From positions 1 through 64,000 of IMG/VR virus record IMGVR_UViG_3300020045_017904: DNA of 64,000 nt; one strand, 5' to 3'. Position 1 is the stretch's first letter, and every line of letters begins with the position of its first letter. This document shows, in pieces, positions 48,993-59,349 of the stretch. Position numbers and translations under genes: made by a program. Under the pieces are notes generated by a model that ran no database searches, was not told where the DNA came from, and saw nothing but the letters and a program-made list of their open reading frames with translations. This stretch comes from a virus.

Positions 48993-49481
48993 TTAAAAAT
49001 TCAATACACAACCTGAATGTCCTATTGTTAATTGGATATTTTGTGCTTCTGCATCTGTATCCCAATTCCAATCTCCCATATTTGCTGATTTGATAAATGC
49101 TCCTTTGATTACCCACTCACTCACAATATCACCTACAGGTCCTAATATATCTAATGTTAAGTCTTTCATATAGAAATCAGAATATCCTGCTCTTCCTGTT
49201 ACTGTTTCGTGATGTAAACGAACCCATTCCATTACTGCTTGAGCTCCTGAAGGTGTAATAGGATCAAATAGTGTCATTGTAATATCATTCCATACTAATT
49301 TACCTTTTACTTTACGGTAAGTATTTATATGATTTAATTTTATTTCACCTTGATCAAATCCTATTCCATTCAAAGATTTAATTAAATATGATGGGATTCC
49401 ATCTACATACATTATAAATTGATTTACTCTTTTAGGCTCAAAGGCGCTATAAAAAATTTCATTGGGATCTAATACTGCCAT
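48993..49481 (-). CDS. tail tube protein (gp19-like)
   Basis: FEPKR.N.F, W.DI.MTLFDPI, VMEWVR, GPVGD.V.EW..KGAF. Confidence 0.88.
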   Translation of the reverse strand: MAVLDPNEIFYSAFEPKRVNQFIMYVDGIPSYLIKSLNGIGFDQGEIKLNHINTYRKVKGKLVWNDITMTLFDPITPSGAQAVMEWVRLHHETVTGRAGYSDFYMKDLTLDILGPVGDIVSEWVIKGAFIKSANMGDWNWDTDAEAQNIQLTIGHSGCVLNF

Positions 49482-49520
49482 TATTATTTTTGTTTATACA
49501 TATATTAAATTCTAAAAATA

Positions 49521-50183
49521 TTATGATTTACTTTTATTTCTGTTTCCTATTTCATTTTGATAACCAAAAGATTGTGCAATTTCTGTTGTTTTGAATAAGG
49601 GTTGAAAATTTGTATAGTGAAAACATTGCTTTTGGTCTTCTTCTTTAGTTAAATCAAATGAAAAACAAGGAATAATATGGTCTAATTCCCAAACAGGACC
49701 CCAATTTTCCCAAGACATCTCAGGTTTGAATTGTAATGAAATATATTTTTTAAAAAATTCCAGAGAACATTTTAATAATTTTAAAGTAGGATGATTTTTA
49801 TTTATATTATGATTTCTTAACAAATCATTTAATCTAATACTTAATACTCTTCTAAGTTTAAAATTTGGGTTATTGTCCCATTGATTTTTATTCCATTTTT
49901 TAAAATATTCTCTATTATTTTTATTCCATTTTTTTGATGCCTTTTTACTAACTTCAGGATTATTAATTTTATATTCTAACATATGGGTAATATGTTTTCT
50001 TTTATTATTTTTATACCATTCTTTAGATTTTAAATTTGAGGATTCTCTATTATTTTTATATGATTTGTTATTTATTATTTTCATACATAATCTACAAGTA
50101 CGGGAATAACCATCATCAATAGTTTTATTTTTGTTAAATTCAATATAATCTTTTGGTATTTTACAATTATTACAATTTTTCAT
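49521..50183 (-). mobile_element. HNH-type homing endonuclease
   Basis: CNNC..CRLC; MSWENWG.WELDHIIPC..CFHYTNFQPL. Confidence 0.85.
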
Positions 50184-50212
50184 TTAATTATTTCATTTGG
50201 GCGTTTTTACAT

Positions 50213-50237
50213 AATAAAAAAGGGGTAAAAACCCCTT
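50213..50237 (-). terminator. intrinsic terminator after the sheath gene
   Basis: AAGGGGT-TTTT-ACCCCTT followed by a U-run. Confidence 0.75.
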
Positions 50238-50251
50238 AAATATCTTATTTT

Positions 50252-51973
50252 TTATCCAAAAGTTGCTCCTGTTGGAGTTATTGTAAAGTCTAAGTAAATA
50301 AATTCACTTGTTTTTGTTGGAGAAATATAAATTTGTCCAACTAATTTATTTTGGTCAATAACATCACTTGCTCCATTATTTGTATCATCCATTATTACTT
50401 TACTTGCATACAATCCATTTCTTTGTTGTACTGATTCAAGATATGGGTTTACTTGGGATAAGAAGCTATTACGTGTAGCAATTGTGTTTCCTTCAAATAC
50501 TAATCCTTGTGCTACACCACCTATAAATCTTTTTAAAGTAATTAATAATCTTCTTACATTAATTCTATCTAAAGCACTTGCTTGAGTTTGTAATGTTTTT
50601 TGTCCATATACTACTATACCAACACCTGGGAAGGTAGCAATAGGATTTATTTTATTTTGATATAATGTATCTCTATCAGATTGTGGAAGTTTTTGCATTG
50701 CACGAATTACTGTATTTAATCCACCTCTATTTATACCTGCTGGAGCAGACCAAGTTTCAGATACACTATCATTATAAGCATAAACACCTCCTATTACAGT
50801 TGAAGATGGAACCCAAACATTTTTACCTGAATCAGGATCTATTACTTGAACCCAAGGCCAATAACTTGCAGCATAACTTGTATTTCTTGCGTTTGATTGA
50901 GCTGTTACTGAACTAATTGTGTTTACATTATATGGTACTAAGTCAAGAACATAAATATTATCCCCTCTTTCTTGAGTATTTGATATTATACTTGTACAAA
51001 CTGATGAATGAAGTGAGTTAAATAATCCAGGAGTTAACAATACATTAAATTGGAAATCATCTTTATTTGATAATAAAGATACCATATTAGAATATGATGA
51101 ACTTGGAATACCTTGTGATCTATTTCCGTCTGTTATACCATCATAAAATTGTCCTGTTGTACTAACAGATCCTAAAGCACCACCAAATGATCCACTTGTA
51201 TTTATTGGAAGTGAAGAAGTATAAGCTGCTTTAAAATTACCTGTATTATCAAGATAATCTGGTGTTAATATTCTTACATTTGCAACTCTAATATATTTGG
51301 AATTATTTGGGTAAGACCCACTTATTTCCATTTGGTTTGTTGTTGAATTATAATTTTGAACTTGATCTCCAATTACTTTTGAAATAAAATTAGTAGATTT
51401 AGGATCTAATGATAAATTAGTAAATGTTTCTAATATAACTGGGTTGTTTCTATTATCATTACCTCTTCTTACTAATAATGAAAATTGTCCTGAAGCTGAC
51501 TCAACGTTTGATATTTGCCATCTAACATTATCTGCTGAACCACTTATTAAAGAACCACTTATATCCTGAGAACCAGTATTATTCATAATAATACCTTCAG
51601 AAATAGTTTCTAAAACAAATACTTCTGCACTTGCAGAACTACAAATTATTGGAGTTCCTGATGATGTTAATGTTGTTGCTGCTGTAAAAGTTCCACTTGC
51701 TACCCTTGCTACTAATAAAGAATCACCTCCATTATTAAAGTAATTATAAGCAGCAATTGATGTGAAATATGTAAATATATCACTTCCACTTATAAAGGTT
51801 GTACCAAATTTATTTTGATATTCAGAATAAGATGTTACAATTTTTGGGTCTTCAACTGGACCTTTTACTGTTGGACCTATTATAGCAGCTCCTACGATTG
51901 CTGGTTGGGCTGATACTTGAGATTGGTCATTTTCTCTTGTTAATATTCCAGGGCTAATTAAAACTTCACTCAT
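50252..51973 (-). CDS. tail sheath protein (gp18-like)
   Basis: SPG....E.D, YWPW, W.APAG.NRG, INPI, YGQKTL, RINVRRLL. Confidence 0.95.
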   Translation of the reverse strand: MSEVLISPGILTRENDQSQVSAQPAIVGAAIIGPTVKGPVEDPKIVTSYSEYQNKFGTTFISGSDIFTYFTSIAAYNYFNNGGDSLLVARVASGTFTAATTLTSSGTPIICSSASAEVFVLETISEGIIMNNTGSQDISGSLISGSADNVRWQISNVESASGQFSLLVRRGNDNRNNPVILETFTNLSLDPKSTNFISKVIGDQVQNYNSTTNQMEISGSYPNNSKYIRVANVRILTPDYLDNTGNFKAAYTSSLPINTSGSFGGALGSVSTTGQFYDGITDGNRSQGIPSSSYSNMVSLLSNKDDFQFNVLLTPGLFNSLHSSVCTSIISNTQERGDNIYVLDLVPYNVNTISSVTAQSNARNTSYAASYWPWVQVIDPDSGKNVWVPSSTVIGGVYAYNDSVSETWSAPAGINRGGLNTVIRAMQKLPQSDRDTLYQNKINPIATFPGVGIVVYGQKTLQTQASALDRINVRRLLITLKRFIGGVAQGLVFEGNTIATRNSFLSQVNPYLESVQQRNGLYASKVIMDDTNNGASDVIDQNKLVGQIYISPTKTSEFIYLDFTITPTGATFG

Positions 51974-52024
51974 TTTAGTTTATATATTTTGATTTATTAT
52001 AAATATTAAGAAAATTATTAAAAT

Positions 52025-52276
52025 TTAACCTAATATTGTAATTTCTTCTTTATCTATATCAATGGACCCATTTCCATATTTTTGTTGTAAGGTTAAACCT
52101 AAATTATCTTCTTCTATTTTGAGAAGTTTTATTTCTTCTTTTAATAAATTCTTTTGGTTTTCTAAATTAATAATTTCAAAATCAATACTTCCCAAATTAT
52201 TTATAATATTTTGTCTTTTAGAATTAATGTTTATTAATAATTCAATTTCTTCTTTTAATAATTTTTTTATCTCCAT
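52025..52276 (-). CDS. small coiled-coil protein
   Basis: coiled coil, KYGNGSID. Confidence 0.55.
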   Translation of the reverse strand: MEIKKLLKEEIELLININSKRQNIINNLGSIDFEIINLENQKNLLKEEIKLLKIEEDNLGLTLQQKYGNGSIDIDKEEITILG

Positions 52277-52284
52277 TTTGTTTT

Positions 52285-52989
52285 TTATATTATTAATACT
52301 AAATAATGAAAAGGATCATTGGTTACCCCTATTGATTGTGAATATTGGAAATTCTTTTCTCTAACTTCAAATACACTTGGAGTTACAAAACCACTAGCTA
52401 CTAAAACACAAGCATCATTTACTGCTATAGGTAAAGTAGAAGCTTTATTTAGACCAACAACAAAAAAATCTGTTCCAAAAACCTTTCCTGCTATTATACC
52501 TGAAAAATCAACTGAAGCTGAACCTGAGGCTAAATTTTTTACCCCTGATACTAACTGGTATGATCTTTGTCCAAAAGTTCCTGCACCAGAATCAAAATAT
52601 CCTATTCCTGTGTTTGATGGAGCATAGGATGCTGATATAGCTTGTGATGCTGTTACATTCAATCTGTTAACTGAAGGTTGGTAGTAAAATTTTGAAGGAT
52701 CAATAAAAGCTTGATTTGAATATACAGTTCCTTGGATTGATGTTGGAGCTATACTTCCAAAATATGGATAAAATTGAGTTGCACTCCCTGTTTCAATTGT
52801 TGTTCTTAATTTTGATGCTGTATCTGAATTATTTATTGTTCCACTTATACTCCCTGTAACAGTTAAAGATCCTGATAAGTATATATCATATGCATCTAAA
52901 CCCATAAATGCATCTAATGATTGGGTTATATGGGTGGCCTCAATGGTATTATTATTGGATATGCCTGTTTTTGAAAGATTTTTTGCCAT
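52285..52989 (-). CDS. Ser/Thr-rich virion fiber/whisker-like protein
   Basis: located in the neck module; SGSLTVTGS and TAS.A.SASY motifs. Confidence 0.55.
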   Translation of the reverse strand: MAKNLSKTGISNNNTIEATHITQSLDAFMGLDAYDIYLSGSLTVTGSISGTINNSDTASKLRTTIETGSATQFYPYFGSIAPTSIQGTVYSNQAFIDPSKFYYQPSVNRLNVTASQAISASYAPSNTGIGYFDSGAGTFGQRSYQLVSGVKNLASGSASVDFSGIIAGKVFGTDFFVVGLNKASTLPIAVNDACVLVASGFVTPSVFEVREKNFQYSQSIGVTNDPFHYLVLII

Positions 52990-52999
52990 TATTTATATA

Positions 53000-54031
53000 T
53001 TATACGTATGTTTCATAATTATTTTGTAATGCTTCCCAATTATTTAATATTTGATCCCAATTATTCCCAACACTTCCAGTAGCACAGGATGAAAAATATG
53101 ATTCCCAATTATTTAACATTAATTCCCAAGGAGTATTAATATTTTCCCAATTATTTGTAGCACAAGGGTCAATTACTATGATTCTATCTGTTGCTAAAAT
53201 TTCTGCTGGTTCTGTTATTATTATTATTTTGGCTTTACTAGTAAATTTCTTAATAGAATTAATATCTTTTTGTAATAATTCAGGTACTATATAAGCACGT
53301 AATTTTATATTAAAAGTACAACTAACTAATCTTTCTTTATCATCTAATATTTCTGTTATTGTATTAAAATTATCTATTTTAGCTTGAAATTGGTATTTTT
53401 CCTTATCCCCCCAATATGAATCAGAATTATATTCAATAGCTTCAATTATTTTATTAATTTGTTCAACATAATATGTAAAAACAACACAACTATAATCAAT
53501 TATTAAATAATCAGGAATTACACTTGCATAAAATGTTTTAACTGGAACCCTGTTTGTTAATAAATTAAATTTATCATAATAATTTTGTTTTGAATATTGT
53601 TTTTGTGCAATGTAATAATTGTGAGGATTATTAGCATTCATTTTATTTCCTATAGATCTATCTTTTTCAATATTATTTCTTTTAAATAAAATCAAAGGAG
53701 ACATTATTTTACCATTTTTGTCTCTATAATATCCATCTTTTGTATATGATTTCCATTTTTCTTGACTTCCATATTGGACTGGAACTTTTATTCTTTGGTT
53801 ATTTTGAATAACATATGGTTGGATTATATTTTCAAAATAATATAAAATAGATTCATCTATATCTTTAAAACCAATTGAAATAGGTTTTGTATTATCTCCT
53901 CTAAATGTAACCTCATTTCCTCTATTTATTGGATTTATATTAGGATTTCCTCTCCCCAATTTATCATATGGAGATTGTTGAGATAAAATAATATCTCTTT
54001 GAGATTTAGGAATTGGTATCTTACCTTTCAT
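53000..54031 (-). CDS. tail terminator / sheath stabiliser (gp15-like) with Trp-repeat tail
   Basis: KVPVQYG..EKW..DGY.RD.NGKI; PDY. Confidence 0.65.
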   Translation of the reverse strand: MKGKIPIPKSQRDIILSQQSPYDKLGRGNPNINPINRGNEVTFRGDNTKPISIGFKDIDESILYYFENIIQPYVIQNNQRIKVPVQYGSQEKWKSYTKDGYYRDKNGKIMSPLILFKRNNIEKDRSIGNKMNANNPHNYYIAQKQYSKQNYYDKFNLLTNRVPVKTFYASVIPDYLIIDYSCVVFTYYVEQINKIIEAIEYNSDSYWGDKEKYQFQAKIDNFNTITEILDDKERLVSCTFNIKLRAYIVPELLQKDINSIKKFTSKAKIIIITEPAEILATDRIIVIDPCATNNWENINTPWELMLNNWESYFSSCATGSVGNNWDQILNNWEALQNNYETYV

Positions 54032-54527
54032 TTGTAATATTTACCTTATCTGAAGGAATTATATGACATTCACATATAATAGAATTATCCCAACCAAATT
54101 TTTCTAATCCTGTATTTAAAGGATTTGGGCTATTAGGATAATCAGGATCTTTTCCCATTAAAAATTGGTTTGAAATAATATTATCTGTTTCAAAATATGA
54201 GTTATTATACATTATTAAATCACCAATAAGTGGAACTATATTTTTGTCTATGAGATCATCTTTTAAGAATGCAAATTTTATTTTCCATTCTAAATCAGAT
54301 ATCATATCCATTACATTAGTTTGTTGATCATTTCTATCTATTAAACAATTAAAAATAATTGGGCCATCATAATATTTTCCTTCACTAGATTCTCCATATA
54401 TATTAGTATTTGTTTTTTCAGGAATAAATTTATAAAAAGAAGCTTGTTGAGTAATAATGTTTCCCATTAATTCACGATTAATGTGTCTCATAAATGAAAT
54501 GTCTCTCTCTTCTCCAAAAAGCGCCAT
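54021..54527 (-). CDS. neck protein (gp14-like)
   Basis: NIYGES, P..GD.I.YN..YFE; gene position. Confidence 0.65.
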   Translation of the reverse strand: MALFGEERDISFMRHINRELMGNIITQQASFYKFIPEKTNTNIYGESSEGKYYDGPIIFNCLIDRNDQQTNVMDMISDLEWKIKFAFLKDDLIDKNIVPLIGDLIMYNNSYFETDNIISNQFLMGKDPDYPNSPNPLNTGLEKFGWDNSIICECHIIPSDKVNITNER

Positions 54528-54529
54528 AA

Positions 54530-55666
54530 TTAACCTATAAATATTGGATTTGGTACATAAGATAACTCAGCATTTCTTGCAATACTTTCATTATTTCTTC
54601 TTTCTAATAAGGATTGTCTTGAAGTTGAATCAAAATAATCTTTTAATTTAGTTATTAATATTTCTTTTTCTGATTTTGCGTCTCCTAATAAATCTGCTTG
54701 ATTTAAACTTATTCCATCACCTGGTACTGGGATGGTTTGGTATTTTCCTCTAATATACCCTAACATTTCCTTACAAATAGCTAATGTATATTCAAATATC
54801 CAAGATCTTCCAATTGAATTTATACCTGTATAGGTTGGGTTTGTGAAAGGTACATTTCCAATATTATTTATTTGAGATGGGGAAGATACAACAGAACCAC
54901 TTATTCTATCATTTAATTTAATATAATCAAACCAAAGAGTTTGGACTGTTTCAGTTGGGATTGGAAATATTCTTAATTTATTATTTATTAATATAAAGGA
55001 ATATTGAGATCTTCTTATTTGATCATTAAAATCAATTGATTGAAGTACTTGTAAATCATAACTTATAGGCATTAATAAAAAGTTAGTTCCTACCCCCATT
55101 CCTAATCCTGAATCTGGTAATGAAGGTGCTGAACCTAAACCTGAATAAGGATTAAAATATCTATTAATTGAAGGATCAGATTGGTAATATATTTTTTTAA
55201 TTTCTATACCTCCTGATATACTTTGGGATAAAGCCCATTCAGTTAAATCATAGTCTTGTATACTTGAAGTTAATGCTATTGAAGCACTATAATATGTTAC
55301 ATTTCCCCCCACTCCCGCTTCACTTGCATATTGTTGAGATAATTTTATTATTGTTGATAAATTAGGAGTTATAATGGAATTATTTAGGTTTGATCCTGTT
55401 GATAATCCCTCAATTGATAAATAATTATCTCTTAATTTATAAGCATAAAGTTCATTTCCATAAGTTGTTATAGAATCTTCAAAAGCTGTATAGAAATTAA
55501 TATCTTGTAATTCAACATTTGATATAGGATAGCCTAATCTTTGAGCACAAAATTTTGCTACTTTATCTGCATCTGTTTGAAATTGAGTGTCGGTATCGTA
55601 AAATCCAAAAGGTGTTGATCCTGTTGTAAATGATGATGAACCACTCCATATAGGTATATTATTCAT
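54530..55666 (-). CDS. neck protein (gp13-like)
   Basis: RLGYP..NVEL, WI.EYTLA..KEMLG.IRGKY. Confidence 0.8.
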   Translation of the reverse strand: MNNIPIWSGSSSFTTGSTPFGFYDTDTQFQTDADKVAKFCAQRLGYPISNVELQDINFYTAFEDSITTYGNELYAYKLRDNYLSIEGLSTGSNLNNSIITPNLSTIIKLSQQYASEAGVGGNVTYYSASIALTSSIQDYDLTEWALSQSISGGIEIKKIYYQSDPSINRYFNPYSGLGSAPSLPDSGLGMGVGTNFLLMPISYDLQVLQSIDFNDQIRRSQYSFILINNKLRIFPIPTETVQTLWFDYIKLNDRISGSVVSSPSQINNIGNVPFTNPTYTGINSIGRSWIFEYTLAICKEMLGYIRGKYQTIPVPGDGISLNQADLLGDAKSEKEILITKLKDYFDSTSRQSLLERRNNESIARNAELSYVPNPIFIG

Positions 55667-56282
55667 TTGTTATCTTAGTTTTAGGTCTTGATTGATTTTC
55701 AAATATTGTTAATGGTCTTGTATTTTTATAATTAAATGCTATATAAATATTTTCTTCTTGGGAAAAATCAAAACTAAATAATTGTTTTATGTGATCAATT
55801 TCCCAATAAGAACCATAATTATCCCAATTCATCTCGGGAGTAAAAAGAGATTCAATATAAATTTTATAATCATCTATATTGCAACCTAAATATTTTATTT
55901 TATTAATCTTACCTTTTTTTATATTTGAATATATTATGTGTCTTATATTTTCTTTTAATTTAAAATTTATATCTGTTTTTCTTTTTTCTTTTTTATATTT
56001 AAAAAATTTATGTTTATTTTTATCATAAAATTTTTTTTGAACAGGTTTTGAATTATAATTCTTAGCGTATTCTTGAATTTTTAACTTATTTTTTTTATTA
56101 TATTTTATTCGAATATTTTTTATAACTAATGGATTATTTTTTGAATATTCCATACTTTTTATTTTCCAACAAACTTTACATACATTAAATAATCCTTGTT
56201 GACTTTTTTTATAAAAATTATCAATTGTTTGATTTATTAAACATTTCTTACAAATTTTTAATTTAACTAAATAATCACTCAT
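55659..56282 (-). mobile_element. HNH-type homing endonuclease
   Basis: CKKC..CKVC; LGC, MNWDNYG.YWEIDHI..FNYKNTRPL. Confidence 0.8.
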
Positions 56283-56872
56283 GTTTTTTTATGTAATGTT
56301 AATAATTTTTGAGTATATGTAATTCTAAAAGCACCTAATTGTTGATATGTATAATAGTTTCCCTCAAAGTATAATTGAGATTTTGAAAAAAATCCTGTTT
56401 TTACAATAGAATTTACATCTATTCTTACAAAAAAGGATAACGGATTACTATATCCAGTATACCAAGGATCTTCTTTATAATATACTTGTCCATTAGGTAA
56501 ATAATATGCTTTTTCTTCTCTTGGATATTCAGCTTGTAAATTTATGGGGAAAGAACCCACACTTACTTTTTTATTTATTTTAAATACAGGACCTGTTTGT
56601 ATAGAAAAAATATTATTTCTTCTTTTTCCATCTAATGTAATATATAATCCTGTTCTTCCAATAATAGAATAATTATGATTATCATCAAATAATTCAAAAT
56701 TAAACACAGGGGCTATAATGGGTGTAAAAAATTTAGTACCCACAATAATATCACTACATAAATTTATTTCATAATTTACGGGTACAGGATAATTATCTCC
56801 TTCTAAATTTTTAGGTTGAGAAAAAGATAAGAAACACATTAACAATAACAACATTAAAATCTTGGCTTTCAT
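56279..56872 (-). CDS. exported protein with signal peptide, beta-strand rich
   Basis: MKAKILMLLLLMCFLSFS-Q; alternating aromatic strands. Confidence 0.5.
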   Translation of the reverse strand: MKAKILMLLLLMCFLSFSQPKNLEGDNYPVPVNYEINLCSDIIVGTKFFTPIIAPVFNFELFDDNHNYSIIGRTGLYITLDGKRRNNIFSIQTGPVFKINKKVSVGSFPINLQAEYPREEKAYYLPNGQVYYKEDPWYTGYSNPLSFFVRIDVNSIVKTGFFSKSQLYFEGNYYTYQQLGAFRITYTQKLLTLHKKT

Positions 56873-56896
56873 GAGATTTGATTTTTATTATAAATA

Positions 56897-57589
56897 TTAT
56901 AAATTTGATGATTTGATATACTCTTGTATTTTTTCTATTACTGGATGACGGTGATTTTGGAGTAATCTAATATAAGAAATTTCATCTATATTTTTACTAA
57001 GTTCTTGTAATAATATCATCCCTGAATCTAATTTGTTTTTTAAATCACATTGTTTTTTATCCCCACAAAATATAAGTTTACTTGTTTTTCCCAAACGACC
57101 TAATATTAATTCTGTTTGTAATTTACTACAATTTTGGGCTTCATCTATTATTATTAAACTATCATTAAAAGTATGTCCTCTAAGAAAACCAAGTGGAATA
57201 ACTTTAATACTTTCTTCTTTAATAAGTTTAGATATTTTTTCTTTATCTCCTGTTAAAGTTTCAGCAATATCATAAATTGGAAAAGTTAAATATTCTAATT
57301 TTTGATCAACCCCTCCAGGAAGATAACCAATATCTTCTCCTGCTGTAACAAATGGTCTTGCTATTACAATTTTATTTATTTCTTTTTTAAATAATAAATC
57401 TAAAGCAATATTAACCGCTAAAGTAGTTTTACCTGAACCTGCTTGTCCATCTATAATGGATATAGCTGAATTTAGTATTTTGGTTTTGGCTTCACGTTGT
57501 TCAGGATTTAGAGGGATTTTGAATGAAATAGGATTTTTGGGAACTTTTTTATTATGGAAAATTGGGTCATTAACGTTATTTGATGACAT
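56897..57589 (-). CDS. phoH: PhoH-like ATPase
   Basis: GQAGSGKT, GYLPG, FLRGHTF, DEAQN, GD..Q.D, HRHP. Confidence 0.93.
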   Translation of the reverse strand: MSSNNVNDPIFHNKKVPKNPISFKIPLNPEQREAKTKILNSAISIIDGQAGSGKTTLAVNIALDLLFKKEINKIVIARPFVTAGEDIGYLPGGVDQKLEYLTFPIYDIAETLTGDKEKISKLIKEESIKVIPLGFLRGHTFNDSLIIIDEAQNCSKLQTELILGRLGKTSKLIFCGDKKQCDLKNKLDSGMILLQELSKNIDEISYIRLLQNHRHPVIEKIQEYIKSSNL

Positions 57590-57731
57590 ATATGTTTTGT
57601 TTATAATTATTTACAAATATATTATTAATTATATTGTCTTTAACATGTCTTAACATGTTTTTAATATATAAACAATTTAAATTAATATAATACCATAACA
57701 TAAAGAAAAATTATAGTAAAGACACGAATCT

Positions 57732-59240
57732 TTAATATAAAATATATTTTGTTGAACCACAATCCCAAATTTTAGTATACCCAAATTCTTCCATTATTTG
57801 GGATTCTGTTTTAGTAATATCAGCCCCCATATCTTTTAATTTATATTTATTGAAATTATATCTATGAATTCTATTACTAAAATTCTTAGTATAAAAATAA
57901 TTAGGGTTGGATGTTGAATGTTTTATAAAACCTGATTTTAAATAAATATTATTATTTGGGTCTGTCCATCTATTATCAGAATATGAATATATATATTTTG
58001 GATTATATTGTTTTTGAAAGTATTTTATTAATTTTAAAGAACCACCAACAATATAATTAGAAGAAGCATATCTTGATAATTCATAAATATTTGATTGATT
58101 ATTATTCCCTCCTAATGAAATTCTGGGATGAGAAAATGTCATTACACCTACTAAATTTTCTTCATAAAATAATCCTAATTTAATTGTACTTCTATCTTCC
58201 CCTTGTATATGGTATTTATTTAAAAAAATATTTTTATCAGTGGGGTTGATTTGTTTTATTATACATTTTCTGGCATAAATTGGTTTTTGTTTATTAGGAT
58301 TTATTATTGAATTTAATTTTGATTTAACTATCTCTGTTTTATTAATCCATTCGTCAGAAAATATTTGAATTAGTCTTATTCCATTATTATTACACTTTTT
58401 TAATTTATTTATATGATAATCTCTAAATTTTCCATTTTTTTCTGAATGCCAAAATAATTCATTATATTCAATCCCTATATTTAATTCAGGAAGAAAAATA
58501 TCTATTTCTCCTTTTTTAATTATATTTCTGGAATTACATATTATTTCTCCATTATATATTGTTTCTATAAATTTTAATAATTCAATTTCTTCTTTGGATT
58601 GTTTACCTATTCCACTAAATACTTCCCAATCCCAATGACCTTTAATATAGTCTCTATGATATGTTTCCTTTTTTAAATCACAATTTTTTCCATTTTCTAA
58701 AATATTAACTAAACCACCACATCCACACTTACATAAAGGAGATATATTATCTAACATATTTTTTATTATATATTCACTTTTGGTGATGTTGGGATGTATT
58801 TTTGAAATATGATACATCAAATGTTGATTACTATTTAATTTTATTTTACATTCTTTGCAATAAATTCCTGATTTGTCTTTTTTTTCTATTTGAAGAGTTT
58901 GGGCTGGTCTATATTCTCCATATTTTTTTATATATTCTGGTGTTTTAGTATTATGAAACCATCTAAGATGCATGGACATAGATCTTATTGTTTCTATTGA
59001 ATTACAGATTTTACATTTATGGATTTTTTCAGAATTATTATTTAAAGAAATATTAATAATTTTTTCTTTATTAAATCTCCATATATACCCTCCAGCTTGT
59101 TTATATTTTTTATTACAACATTTTATTATAGAATCATAATTTGAGAATTTAACAGATGCTTCCCTTACATTATTAAAACATTGAATATATTTACCATTTA
59201 AATCATATTGGTATATTTTTGAATCATATAATTTTTTCAT
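57732..59240 (-). mobile_element. Hef-like homing endonuclease with NUMOD1 and C2H2 fingers
   Basis: QYDLNG..AGGYIW; SKEE..EIDIF..IEYN..FWHS; IYARKC; ELSRYA; WDCG. Confidence 0.8.
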
Positions 59241-59293
59241 ATTTTTGAATTAATAATTAATTATTATTTATTTAACATATCTAATATAAATAC

Positions 59294-59320
59294 AAAAAGT
59301 TGGGGTATCAAAGATACCCC
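59294..59320 (-). terminator. intrinsic terminator after the major capsid gene
   Basis: GGGGTATC-TTT-GATACCCC, then AACTTTTT. Confidence 0.7.
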
Positions 59321-59349
59321 TCATTTTTTAAAGATTATATTTAATTATA

